From Candidatus Acidiferrales bacterium (GTDB lineage Bacteria; Acidobacteriota; Terriglobia; Acidiferrales; UBA7541): DNA of 64,000 nucleotides. Of this stretch, positions 9,568 through 19,357 are shown in pieces. The stretch covers positions 14,645-78,644 of the forward strand of contig DATNLN010000042.1 in assembly GCA_035602855.1 (NCBI GenBank). Direction: 5' to 3'. How positions within the stretch are numbered: the first letter of the stretch is position 1; the number at the start of each line of letters is the position of its first letter. The notes beneath the pieces were generated by a model. The model worked only from the letters and a program-made list of their open reading frames with translations. It was not told where the DNA came from and ran no database searches. Made by a program: the position numbers and the translations under genes.

Positions 9568-10827
9568 ATGACTCCGCTTACGCCCGCGCAGCGGACAACC
9601 CCCATTCTGTGGGCGGAGACCTGGAGCCTGGCGCTGCAGGAGCTGCGCGGCAATAAAGTGCGCGCCATGCTCACCATGTTGGGCGTGATCATCGGCAGCG
9701 CCTGCATCGTGCTGGTGGTCACCGTCGCTCTGGTCGGAAAACGCTATATTGTTGGACAAATTGAAGGCGTGGGCGTGAACATGATTCATGCCGAGCTGGT
9801 TCACACCGGCGATGCGCAACGCATCACGCTGGCTGACGAGATCAACTTGGCGGATATGGACGCGGTCAAAGCCGTACTCCCTCACGTGGCGGTGGCCGCG
9901 GGGTCGCATGATATGCCGATGACGTTCGTCGTCAATGGAGTCAGCCGTCCTGTCAGCCTGGTGGGTGTCACCGAGGATTTTCAGACCATTCGCCGTTTCC
10001 TGATCCTGCGCGGACGCTATTTTGACCAGGACGACATGAATTCGCGCAGCAAAGTTTGCTTGGTCACCAGAGAGCTCGCTGAATTAGCGTTTCCGGATGA
10101 AGATCCGTTGGGCAAGGACATTCGCTTGGGAGATTTGCATTTCACTGTGATTGGCGTGTTTCATGAACGAACCGCCACGTTTGGCTTGACGGAAGTTACC
10201 AGGAATTCCGTAATCGTGCCCATCGGTCTGATGAAATATTACACGGGAGAGGAATATCTTCGCACGCTCTACGTGCAAGCGGACCGTCCGGAAAACGTTC
10301 CTGAACTCACGAAACAGGTGGGGCAGTTATTGAGCAGCCGCCACCGGCGCGGCGCGGAATATCTTTCGGAAAATCTGGATTCTCTGCTGGATTCCGCGCG
10401 CAGGATTTCCCTGGCGCTGACGGTGTTGTTAATCCTGGTCGCCACGATCGCGCTGACCATCAGTGGCATTGGAATTATGAATATCATGCTGGTGACGGTG
10501 ACTGAGCGCACGCGTGAGATTGGCATTCGCAAAGCGATCGGCGCGCAGCGCGTCGCCATCCTCTATCAGTTCCTGATGGAAGCGCTATTAATCAGCGGGA
10601 CCGGCGCGCTGCTGGGTATCGCGATAGCCGTAACGATTCCCATGGTGCTGAATATTGTGATCAGCCTCGTGCCAGAATTAGCCAGCGCCGGCGTGCACAT
10701 TCCGGTGTCGTGGGTCTCGGTGGTTCTGGCGTTCTTGGTATCCTGTTCTACTGGACTTTTGTTCGGATATCTTCCGGCGAATCGCGCTGCGCGATTGCAG
10801 CCCACGGAATCGTTGCGTTATGAATAA
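9568..10827 (+). CDS. MacB/FtsX-type ABC transporter permease (no fused ATPase)
   Basis: N-terminal TM (RAMLTMLGVIIGSACIVLVV), large periplasmic domain, C-terminal FtsX 3-TM bundle (TERTREIGIRKAIGA). Start uncertain: ATG 9568 or GTG 9517. The track start 9388 overlaps the TPR gene. Confidence 0.8.
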   Translation: MTPLTPAQRTTPILWAETWSLALQELRGNKVRAMLTMLGVIIGSACIVLVVTVALVGKRYIVGQIEGVGVNMIHAELVHTGDAQRITLADEINLADMDAVKAVLPHVAVAAGSHDMPMTFVVNGVSRPVSLVGVTEDFQTIRRFLILRGRYFDQDDMNSRSKVCLVTRELAELAFPDEDPLGKDIRLGDLHFTVIGVFHERTATFGLTEVTRNSVIVPIGLMKYYTGEEYLRTLYVQADRPENVPELTKQVGQLLSSRHRRGAEYLSENLDSLLDSARRISLALTVLLILVATIALTISGIGIMNIMLVTVTERTREIGIRKAIGAQRVAILYQFLMEALLISGTGALLGIAIAVTIPMVLNIVISLVPELASAGVHIPVSWVSVVLAFLVSCSTGLLFGYLPANRAARLQPTESLRYE

Positions 10828-12130
10828 ATCGTCAATTCTGAAATCGCTGGCGGGGAGGGTTCCGGCCGCGCTGCTGTTGCTTTGTTGCGCGCTTCCGGCG
10901 CGCGCACAGGACGAGCGCAAGCTCACCATGCGCGAAGCGGTAGCGCTGGCGCTGCAGAACAGCCGCGACCTGGCGCTGGCGCGTGTTCAATACTCCGTCG
11001 CGCTGAACGAAGCGGGCGTCGACCGCTCCGCCTTCCAGCCCAACCTCTATACAGGTTCTGGCATCGCCTATACCAATGGCTTTCCTTCCATCGCCGGCGG
11101 ACCTCCCGCAGTCTTTCAGCTGAATTACAACCAGTCAATTTTCGATCCCGTGCTGAAAGCCCAGCAGCGAGCCGCCGAGGATCATGCCAAGAGCATGAAG
11201 CTGGAAATAGACCGCACGCGGGATGACGTAATCGTGCGCACAGCGGTCGCTTATCTGGAACTCGCCGAGGTGAGGCATTCCCTCGACCTGCTGCGCAAGG
11301 AACAAGTGAGCGCGGAGAAAATTCTGGGTGTGACGCGCGAACGCGTGGAGGCGAACCAAGAACTGGCGATTGAAGTGACGCGCAGCGACTTGACCGCGGC
11401 GCGCGTGCAGGAGCGCATCATCAAACTGGAAGGTCGTGATGACACACTCACGCAGCAGATCCGCAATCTGACGGGTGTTGCCGATACGGACGCGATTGAA
11501 GTGGATACCGCAGCACCGTCTTTCGCGAGCGATTTGCAGGAAGCCGAGCTTTCCAACCTCGCGATTCAGAGCGATCGCGGTCTTCAGGAAGCCGAAAACG
11601 ATAGGCTCGCGCGGCAACACATCTTGCGCGGGGCCCGTCTCAGCTACTGGCCCACCGTGGGTTTTGTCGGGCAATACAGCATCTTAAGCAAGTTCAACAA
11701 TTATTCCGAGTTCTATCAGCATTTTCAGCGCAACAACGTAGCCGTCGGCGTGCAGATTACCATTCCACTGTTTTCCGCCAAGACGCGCGCGAACGTGGCC
11801 CTGGCCAAAAGCGAATTGCAGCTGTCCGAATTGACACTGGGAAATAAGCGACAGGAAGTTCGCCAGGACGTGCTGCAGAAACAGCGCGATGTGCGCGAGC
11901 TGGAAGCGACCTACCAGGTCGCACGGTTGGATTTGAAGCTGGCGCAGGAAACCGTGCAGCTGACGCAGGCCAAATTTGACGAGGGCCGCGCCACGCTGCG
12001 CGATATCGAGCAGGTTCACCTGGACGAAAACGACAAGTTCGTGGCTTTCCTGGACGCGGATTTCGCGCGCCAGCGCAGCCAATTGACGCTGTTGCGCGCT
12101 ACCGGTCAGTTGGCCAAGGTGTTTCAGTAG
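10820..12130 (+). CDS. TolC-family outer membrane efflux protein
   Basis: 436 aa. Signal peptide and two repeat halves typical of OEP/TolC. 8-nt overlap with the permease gene. Confidence 0.85.
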   Translation: MNKSSILKSLAGRVPAALLLLCCALPARAQDERKLTMREAVALALQNSRDLALARVQYSVALNEAGVDRSAFQPNLYTGSGIAYTNGFPSIAGGPPAVFQLNYNQSIFDPVLKAQQRAAEDHAKSMKLEIDRTRDDVIVRTAVAYLELAEVRHSLDLLRKEQVSAEKILGVTRERVEANQELAIEVTRSDLTAARVQERIIKLEGRDDTLTQQIRNLTGVADTDAIEVDTAAPSFASDLQEAELSNLAIQSDRGLQEAENDRLARQHILRGARLSYWPTVGFVGQYSILSKFNNYSEFYQHFQRNNVAVGVQITIPLFSAKTRANVALAKSELQLSELTLGNKRQEVRQDVLQKQRDVRELEATYQVARLDLKLAQETVQLTQAKFDEGRATLRDIEQVHLDENDKFVAFLDADFARQRSQLTLLRATGQLAKVFQ

Positions 12131-12247
12131 CACGTCGCGAGAAAAGCATGGCTTGGGCTGAGTGCGGAAATCGAGTAAAATTGGTTGTTGTAGGCTAGGC
12201 AGCAGTTTATACGTCTTTTTTGGATGCCCTGAGGGGGGTAACAGTAC

Positions 12248-13774
12248 ATGGCGTCTGTAATGAAAACGTTGTTGTTGAATCCGCCGAGTTTTGAAAAATT
12301 TGATGGTGGCGCGGGCTCCCGTTGGCCCGCCACGCGCGAGATCGAATCGTACTGGTATCCCGTATGGCTCACGTATCCCGCCGGCATGCTTGAGGGTAGC
12401 CGCCTCCTTGATGGCCCTCCGCACGGCATCACGCCCGCGCAGGTTGTCGAAATCGCGCAAGACTACGAGTTCGTCGTGCTTTTCACCTCCACCGTCGGCT
12501 TCTGGAGCGACCTGAAAATGGCGCGGGCCATGAAGGAAAAAAAGCCCGGGCTGAAAATCTGTTTTGTCGGGCCTCAAGTACAGATCAAGCCCGCCGAGAG
12601 CCTGCTGGCGAGCCCGGATATCGACTTCGTGGTGCGTGGCGAGTTCGATATTTCCGTCGTGGAGTTCGCGCAAGGCAAGCCGCTCTCCGAAATTCTGAGC
12701 GCCAGCTACATTAAGGATGGCAAAGTCGTGCACAATCCGCAGCGGCCCATGCTGCAGACGGCCGAACTGGACGCGCTGCCTTTCGCCACCGAGGTTTACC
12801 AGAAACATCTTGTCATCGAAAAATACAATGTGCCGTTCCTCCTGAATCCTTACGTTTCGTTTTACACCACTCGCGGATGTCCGGCTCTTTGTACCTTCTG
12901 CCTGTGGCCGCAGACGCTTTCCGGCCACGCTTGGCGCGTGCGCTCGGTGGAAAACGTAGCGCGCGAATTCAGGCAGGCGCACAAAATGTTTCCGCAAGCG
13001 AAGGAATTTTTCTTCGACGACGACACTTTCAACATCCGCAAGGACCGCGTGCTGGCGCTCTGCAAGGAATTCAAACCGGTCGGCTTCCAGTGGTCCTGCA
13101 CCGCTCGCGTGCACAGCGATTACGAGACGCTCAAGGCCATGGCCGACGCCGGCGCGCGGCTGCTGATCGTCGGCTTTGAATCCGGCGACCCGCAGATTCT
13201 GAAAAATCTGAAAAAGGGCGCCACCGTCGAGATGGGCCGCACCTTCGTGCAGAACTGCAAGAAAGTCGGCATCCACGTGCACGGCGATTTCATCATCGGC
13301 CTGCCCGGCGAAACCAAAGAGACCATCGAAAAAACCATCAACTACGCCAAGGAACTGGATTGCGAGACGATTCAGGTTTCCATGGCGCACGCCTATCCCG
13401 GCACTGAGCTTTACGATCAGGGCATGCGCGAAGGCTTCCTTGCCGGTGAAGCCATCACCGACGATATGGGCCATCAGCTTCCGCACCTTCAGTATCCGCA
13501 TCTCTCACGCGAATACATGGTCGAATCGGTCAACCGTTTTTACGACGAATATTATTTCCGTCCCCGCGTGGCCTGGCGCATCGTGCGCGAAGCCCTGTGG
13601 GATTCCCACGAACGCAAACGCCTGTTCCACGAAGCCGTGGATTTCATGAAGCTGCGCCACGACCGCCGCAAGGTGGCCAAAAAGGGCGTACAGAAAAAAG
13701 CCATGGTGCAAGTAACAGCGCCCCCCATGGAGCCGCAAACTTCCGGAGCGGCGGGCGAATCACAGGGCGCATGA
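12248..13774 (+). CDS. hpnJ: B12-binding radical SAM protein, HpnJ-like (hopanoid side-chain modification)
   Basis: N-terminus LLLNPPSFEKFDGGAGSRWPATREIESYWYPVWL matches my recollection of HpnJ N-termini. Radical SAM CxxxCxxC (CPALCTFC). Confidence 0.7.
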   Translation: MASVMKTLLLNPPSFEKFDGGAGSRWPATREIESYWYPVWLTYPAGMLEGSRLLDGPPHGITPAQVVEIAQDYEFVVLFTSTVGFWSDLKMARAMKEKKPGLKICFVGPQVQIKPAESLLASPDIDFVVRGEFDISVVEFAQGKPLSEILSASYIKDGKVVHNPQRPMLQTAELDALPFATEVYQKHLVIEKYNVPFLLNPYVSFYTTRGCPALCTFCLWPQTLSGHAWRVRSVENVAREFRQAHKMFPQAKEFFFDDDTFNIRKDRVLALCKEFKPVGFQWSCTARVHSDYETLKAMADAGARLLIVGFESGDPQILKNLKKGATVEMGRTFVQNCKKVGIHVHGDFIIGLPGETKETIEKTINYAKELDCETIQVSMAHAYPGTELYDQGMREGFLAGEAITDDMGHQLPHLQYPHLSREYMVESVNRFYDEYYFRPRVAWRIVREALWDSHERKRLFHEAVDFMKLRHDRRKVAKKGVQKKAMVQVTAPPMEPQTSGAAGESQGA

Positions 13775-14187
13775 CGTCTTCGCAAGGCCTGCATCTGAAA
13801 ACCTACGTTTTTCTTTTGTTCATGGTAACGTTCGGCCCGCTGGGCGACGTGTTTCTGGCCGACGGCATGAAAAAAGTGGGCGCATTGAACATGCAGGATC
13901 CCGCATCCGTGTTTCATTTCTTCGCGCGGGCGTTTGCTTCCGGCCCGGTTTGGCTTGGCGTGATTTTGCTGCTCGCATTTTTCATTTCCTACACTCTGGT
14001 CCTCTCCTGGGCGGATTTCAGTTTTGTGCAGCCGGCTTCTTCGCTGTCCTACGTGATCGTGGCGCTGCTGGGGCATTTTTTCCTGCGCGAAGTTGTCACC
14101 CCCGTGCGCTGGGCGGGCATTGCGCTGCTCGGCCTGGGTGTTTTGATTGTGGGCTACACGCCGCCGCGAACCACAGAGCGAGTCTGA
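13771..14187 (+). CDS. small 4-TM EamA/DMT-like membrane protein
   Basis: 138-aa internal start (MTSSQGLHLKTYVFLLFMV...). ATG 13771 overlaps the hpnJ stop (ATGA). Four hydrophobic segments. Confidence 0.6.
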   Translation: MTSSQGLHLKTYVFLLFMVTFGPLGDVFLADGMKKVGALNMQDPASVFHFFARAFASGPVWLGVILLLAFFISYTLVLSWADFSFVQPASSLSYVIVALLGHFFLREVVTPVRWAGIALLGLGVLIVGYTPPRTTERV

Positions 14188-15353
14188 TGGCCTGGACGGT
14201 TGTTCGCGACGCGCTGCTGCTGCTGGTGCTCGCTTCCTTCGCATATTACGTGGTGGCTGTCGTCGCCACGCTGCGGTTTTTTGGGCGCCGTGACGCGGCT
14301 GCGGCATTGGCCGCCGATTTCACTCCTTCCATCAGCATCCTCAAGCCAATTTATGGGCTGGACCGCGAAACCTACGAGAATTACGCTAGCTTCTGCGTCC
14401 AGGATTATCCGGATTACGAAATAATATTCTGCGTGAGCGACGAGCGGGATGCCGCCATTCCCGTGATTGCAAAACTGGCGAGCGATTTTCCGCAGCGCCG
14501 CATCAACCTACTGGTCGGCTCGGAACCGCTAGGCGCGAGCGACAAAGTGAACAAGCTTTGCCGCATGGCGCGCGAAGCCCGGCACGAAATTCTTGCGGTC
14601 AGCGACAGCGACGTGCGCGTCGCGCCTGAATATTTGCGCGCCATCGCCTCACCCTTTCGCGATCCCGCCGTCGGCGCCGTCACTTGCCTCTATCGCGGCC
14701 TTACCGATGGCTCGCTCGCCGCAAATCTGGAAGCGATCGGCAACAGCACAGACTTTGCCGCCGGCGTACTGGTGGCCTGGCTGTTTGCTCCGGTGAATTT
14801 CACGCTCGGCGCCACCATGGCCACTAGCAAAACTTGCCTGGCCGAAATCGGCGGGTTCGAATCGCTGGTGGACCATTTTTCCGACGACTACGAACTGGGC
14901 AATCGCATCGCCGCGCGCGGCCATCGCGTCGAGCTCAGCACGTTTCCGGTTTCCGTCGCGTACCCGCGACAGACGCTCTCCGACGCCTTTCGCCATCAGC
15001 TGCGCTGGAACGTAAGCATTCGTTTTTCGCGCCCGCTCGGCCACCTCGGCCTGATTTTCACACAAGCGCTGCCGCTGGCGTTGCTGGCCGCGCTGTTCGC
15101 GCCATCTGCCGCGTGGGTGATTAGCCTGCTGGTAGGTTATCTGTTACTGCGCGGAATCTCAGCGTGGGTGACCGGCGTGTACGGCATGGGCGACACCGGC
15201 TTGCGCAAACATCTGGAACTGTTGCCGCTGCGCGACGCCTTCGCGTTCGTGGTGTGGGTCGCCAGTTTCTTTCCTCAGCGCATCCACTGGCGCGGCCGCG
15301 AATTCTACGTTCGCGACAAGCGCCTGGTTCCAGCCGCGCCTCGCGAGCAGTAA
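14187..15353 (+). CDS. hpnI: GT2 glycosyltransferase, HpnI / ceramide glucosyltransferase-like
   Basis: SILKPIYGLDRETYENYASFCVQDYPDYEIIFCV, SDSDVRV (DxD-type) and C-terminal TM helices. Start ATG 14187 overlaps the upstream TGA (TGATG). Confidence 0.65.
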   Translation: MAWTVVRDALLLLVLASFAYYVVAVVATLRFFGRRDAAAALAADFTPSISILKPIYGLDRETYENYASFCVQDYPDYEIIFCVSDERDAAIPVIAKLASDFPQRRINLLVGSEPLGASDKVNKLCRMAREARHEILAVSDSDVRVAPEYLRAIASPFRDPAVGAVTCLYRGLTDGSLAANLEAIGNSTDFAAGVLVAWLFAPVNFTLGATMATSKTCLAEIGGFESLVDHFSDDYELGNRIAARGHRVELSTFPVSVAYPRQTLSDAFRHQLRWNVSIRFSRPLGHLGLIFTQALPLALLAALFAPSAAWVISLLVGYLLLRGISAWVTGVYGMGDTGLRKHLELLPLRDAFAFVVWVASFFPQRIHWRGREFYVRDKRLVPAAPREQ

Positions 15354-15449
15354 AGCCCCAGGTCTTGAATTTGTAGCGGCGCGCTTCACTGCGCGATCGG
15401 TGTCAGGTCGCGCGGCGATGAGGATCCAAAGACCGCCGCGACAAACTCC

Positions 15450-16325
15450 CTACTCCGCCTTCTGCAGCCGTTTGTACAATTCATTCGCCGCAAGAAATTC
15501 CTGCTCCAATTCCTTGGACGTAAGCCGCGTGCGCAAATACTCCACAGCTTGCTCGAGCCTGTCGAGTGCCCGCGCAATATTTTCGGTGTTGCTGTGCGCC
15601 ACGTCGCGCCACAAACCGTAAGGACTGCCCGCGAGCCGCAGCATATCCTGCAAACCCTGACCCGAGAGCGAAAGAGGCAAACCCGTCTCGTCCGTTTCGT
15701 CCTGCACCACGCGCGCCAGCGCCACCGCCGCCAGTTGCGGCAAGTGCGAGACGATGCCCACCGCCCAATCGTGCGTATCCGCATCGCACCACACCGGCTC
15801 CGCGCCGAGTACCCGCAGCAGCGACGCAAATCCCTGCACGCGCGGATCCGGATCGCCTTCCAACCCAACCAACGCATACCGCGCGCCGGAAAATAAATTA
15901 GCATCGGCCCGCGCGATGCCGGAAGTTTCTTTCCCAGCCATGGGATGCCCGCCCAGAAACCGCGCAGCGCCAGTAAAAGTATTTTTCGCCGCGCGGCAGA
16001 TGACGGCCTTCGTGCTGCCGGTATCGGTGACCAGCGCGCCATCTTTTGCCGCCGCAGCAATCGCCGGAAGTGCCTCGACTGTCGCGGCAATCGGCAGCGC
16101 GACGTACAGCAGGTCAGCGCCGCGCGCTGCAGCCGCAAGGTCGTGCGCCGCTTCCAGCACGGCCCCACGCGCCAGCGCCGCCTGCAAAATCTCCGCGCGG
16201 TCGAATCCCACAATCGAAATGCTCGGGAAATGTTTGCGCAGTGCCAGGGCGAACGATCCGCCGATCAGGCCGGTTCCGAGAATGGCCACGCGTGAGAAGG
16301 GAACTGCGCTAGTCGTCGAAGGCAC
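15450..16325 (-). CDS. tyrA: prephenate dehydrogenase
   Basis: Rossmann motif ILGTGLIGGSFALAL, GGHPMAG motif, 291 aa. Confidence 0.8.
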   Translation of the reverse strand: MPSTTSAVPFSRVAILGTGLIGGSFALALRKHFPSISIVGFDRAEILQAALARGAVLEAAHDLAAAARGADLLYVALPIAATVEALPAIAAAAKDGALVTDTGSTKAVICRAAKNTFTGAARFLGGHPMAGKETSGIARADANLFSGARYALVGLEGDPDPRVQGFASLLRVLGAEPVWCDADTHDWAVGIVSHLPQLAAVALARVVQDETDETGLPLSLSGQGLQDMLRLAGSPYGLWRDVAHSNTENIARALDRLEQAVEYLRTRLTSKELEQEFLAANELYKRLQKAE

Positions 16326-16360
16326 GCGGTAGTTTAAATCAAATGGCCGAAATCCGTCAG

Positions 16361-16642
16361 TCAGCGCGCCGAGGAACGCGCCGCCCGCCGCTCGCTGGCC
16401 GCATCATCCGGCTCGACGACTTCCACCTGCGAGACGTCCTCAAGCTTTTCGATTTGCCGCACCAGTGTATTTTCCGCGCGGTCGGCTTGCACGGTCATCT
16501 GAATATCCAGGAAATGTCCGTCCTCGGTCGTGTCGGCAGTCAAATGCAGTAGATCAAATCGCCGCCTGCGCGTGACTCCTAGAATACGCACCAGCGCGCC
16601 TTCGCTCTGCCGCACGCGTACCTGTAGAGTGAATTTGATCAC
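16361..16642 (-). CDS. ilvN: acetolactate synthase small (regulatory) subunit, short ACT-only form
   Basis: 93-aa ACT-like ORF (GALVRILGV...). ATGA overlap with the ilvB stop. Confidence 0.65.
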   Translation of the reverse strand: MIKFTLQVRVRQSEGALVRILGVTRRRRFDLLHLTADTTEDGHFLDIQMTVQADRAENTLVRQIEKLEDVSQVEVVEPDDAASERRAARSSAR

Positions 16643-18312
16643 CGCGCAACCTCGCGCGCCACTTCGTGCTGGTGCAGCATTTCGGAATTCGAGCGGCCCG
16701 GTCCTACGATCGGCCAGACGTTCGCTTCCTGATGAATCAGCACATGCGCAAGAACAGGGCCGGGCTCCGCCAACAGCCGGTCAATCGCGCCAGAAACGTC
16801 CGCGCGATCCTCCACGCGAAACGCCCGAATGCCCATAGATTCCGCCACGCGGCAGAAATCCGGATTGTCAGAAAGATCCACTTCGCTGTAGCGCTTGTCA
16901 TGGAATAATTCCTGCCACTGCCGCACCATGCCCAGCGCGCGATTGTCGAACAGTACGATCTTCACCGGCAAATCGTAACGGCGTAGCGTGGCCAGTTCCT
17001 GTAGGTTCATCATGATCGAGCCATCGCCGGAAACGTTGATCACGCATGCGTTGGGAAATGCGAGCTGCGCGCCAATCGCCGCGGGCAAGCCGTATCCCAT
17101 GGTGCCCAGGCCGCCGCTGCTCAGATGTTGCGAGGGGCGATTGAAATGAAAATGCTGCGCCACCCACATCTGGTGTTGGCCCACGTCGCATGCAACGATG
17201 GAATCGTCGCCCGCGCGATCCGAAAGACTCTTCAGAAACCCAGGCGCGTACACTTCCGTGCCGGGCGCTGCGTAATCCCAAGCGTGCGTTTCTTTCGACT
17301 CGGCACATTCGCGCCGCCACGGCTCGATATTCGCCAGCCGGCACGAGAGCGCTTTCAAAGCGTGACGCAAGTTGCCGATTACCGGAACATCCGCGCGCCG
17401 CAGCTTTCCGATTTCCGCGCGGTCCACATCCAGGTGAATCACTTTCGCGTTCGGCGCGAAAGCGTTGAGTCGGCCGGTCGCCCGGTCGTCGAATCGCGCG
17501 CCCACGCAAATCAGAAGATCGCAAGTCTGCACCGCGTGGTTCGCGGTTTTCGTGCCGTGCATGCCCATCATTCCCAGCGCCAGCTCGTGCGTGGTGGGCA
17601 GCGCGCCCAGTCCTTTCAGCGTGGCCACCACTGGAATGCGCGTCGTTTCAATGAACGCGCGGAATTCCTCGAGCGCGTTACCCATGCCGATGCCCCCGCC
17701 GGCATACACCACCGGATTCCGGCTCTCGCGCATCAGTGCCAGCGCGCGCGTGATGGATTCCTTGGATGCATCGGCGCTTTGTTCGGTGTTGTCGTCTTCG
17801 TGGAATTCATATTCGCCCACGGTGTTGGCGATGTCTTTCGGCAAATCAATCAGCACCGGGCCGGGGCGTCCCGAACGCGCGATGCGGAAAGCTTCGTGCA
17901 CGATGCGCGGCAATTCCGCGGCAGTCTTCGCCAGGAAGCTGTGCTTCACCACCGGCAGCGTGATGCCGAAAATATCCACTTCTTGAAACGCGTCCGTGCC
18001 CATTAGCGAAGTGGCCACCTGCCCCGTGATCGCGACCATCGGCACCGAATCCATGTAAGCGTTCGCGATTCCCGTCACCAGATTCGTCGCGCCGGGGCCG
18101 GAGGTGGCCATGCACACTCCCACTTTTCCCGTGGCGCGCGCGTAACCGTCGGCAGCCAGCGCCGCCGCCTGCTCGTGGCGCACCAATATGTGCCGGATTT
18201 TCGAATCCAGCAGCGCGTCGTACACCGGCATGATCGCTCCGCCGGGGTAACCGAAAATTATCTCGACGCCTTCGTGCTCGAGAGCCTTCACCAAAAATTC
18301 TGCGCCCTTCAT
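16639..18312 (-). CDS. ilvB: acetolactate synthase large subunit
   Basis: 557 aa. ThDP enzyme motifs ([26 protein letters not shown]). Confidence 0.9.
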   Translation of the reverse strand: MKGAEFLVKALEHEGVEIIFGYPGGAIMPVYDALLDSKIRHILVRHEQAAALAADGYARATGKVGVCMATSGPGATNLVTGIANAYMDSVPMVAITGQVATSLMGTDAFQEVDIFGITLPVVKHSFLAKTAAELPRIVHEAFRIARSGRPGPVLIDLPKDIANTVGEYEFHEDDNTEQSADASKESITRALALMRESRNPVVYAGGGIGMGNALEEFRAFIETTRIPVVATLKGLGALPTTHELALGMMGMHGTKTANHAVQTCDLLICVGARFDDRATGRLNAFAPNAKVIHLDVDRAEIGKLRRADVPVIGNLRHALKALSCRLANIEPWRRECAESKETHAWDYAAPGTEVYAPGFLKSLSDRAGDDSIVACDVGQHQMWVAQHFHFNRPSQHLSSGGLGTMGYGLPAAIGAQLAFPNACVINVSGDGSIMMNLQELATLRRYDLPVKIVLFDNRALGMVRQWQELFHDKRYSEVDLSDNPDFCRVAESMGIRAFRVEDRADVSGAIDRLLAEPGPVLAHVLIHQEANVWPIVGPGRSNSEMLHQHEVAREVAR

Positions 18313-19331
18313 TTGGCACCTCTTGCGGAAGTCGCCGTCTCCGGCTTGAGCCAGGACATTTGCGCGCGCAGCTCCGCACCAACTTTTTCGATCGGATGAT
18401 TCTTATCTTTTTCCAGCAGCTTGTTGTATACGGGCCGCCCGGTCTGATTCTCCAGAATCCATTCCTTGGCAAAAGCGCCGGACTGAATCTCGCCCAGAAT
18501 CTTCTTCATGCTTTCGCGCACGTGCGCGTCAATCACCCGCGACCCGCGCGTGATGTCGCCGAACTTGGCCGTCTCGCTGACGAACTGATGCATTTTGGCG
18601 ATGCCGCCTTCGTAAATCAGATCCACAATCAATTTCAGTTCATGGAGACACTCGAAATACGCGGCTTCCGGCTGATATCCGGCTTCCACCAGCGTCTCCC
18701 AGCCCGCCTGAATCAATTCGCGCGCGCCGCCGCACAGCACAGCCTGCTCACCGAACAAATCCGTCTCCGTTTCTTCCGCAAAAGTGGTTTGAATCACGCC
18801 GGCGCGCGTGCCGCCAATGGCGCTCGCATACGCCAGCGTGCGATCAAACGCGTGGCCCGACGCATCCTGGTGAATGGCGAGCAAGCAGGGCACGCCACCG
18901 CCGCCTTCATAAGTTCGCCGCACCAGATTTCCCGGACCTTTCGGCGCGACCATAGTGATGTCCACCGACTTCGGCGGTGTGATTTGTCCGTAATGAATGT
19001 TGAAGCCGTGCGAAAACAAAATCATCGCGCCCTCTTTCAGACTGGGCGCCACTTCGTTTTGATACAAAGCCGGCTGCGCCATGTCGGGCGCCAGCATCAC
19101 GACTACGTCCGCGCCCTCGACTGCTTCCGCCGGGCCGGTAAGCTTCCAACCATCCTGCTCGGCCTGTTTCCACGATGGGCCGCCGCGGCGCAGTCCTACC
19201 GTCACATTTAATTTGCTGTCGCGCAGGTTCAATGCGTGTGCGCGGCCCTGGCTGCCGTAACCCAGCACGGCAATGCGTTTTCCTTCCAGCGCGCGCGGAT
19301 TCGTGTCCGTATCCCAAAACATTTTCGCCAT
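18309..19331 (-). CDS. ilvC: ketol-acid reductoisomerase
   Basis: [16 protein letters not shown] motif. Start set at ATG 19331 (MAKMFWDTD...), preceded by AAGGAGA. The track ORF extends to 19457. Confidence 0.9.
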   Translation of the reverse strand: MAKMFWDTDTNPRALEGKRIAVLGYGSQGRAHALNLRDSKLNVTVGLRRGGPSWKQAEQDGWKLTGPAEAVEGADVVVMLAPDMAQPALYQNEVAPSLKEGAMILFSHGFNIHYGQITPPKSVDITMVAPKGPGNLVRRTYEGGGGVPCLLAIHQDASGHAFDRTLAYASAIGGTRAGVIQTTFAEETETDLFGEQAVLCGGARELIQAGWETLVEAGYQPEAAYFECLHELKLIVDLIYEGGIAKMHQFVSETAKFGDITRGSRVIDAHVRESMKKILGEIQSGAFAKEWILENQTGRPVYNKLLEKDKNHPIEKVGAELRAQMSWLKPETATSARGAK

Positions 19332-19357
19332 GGTCATTCTCCTTGTGACTGCAATTT

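Noticed and set aside
12131-12247. Cobalamin riboswitch upstream of the B12-binding radical SAM gene.
   Set aside because: The intergenic region is only about 118 nt and lacks the B12-box. It is too short for the aptamer.
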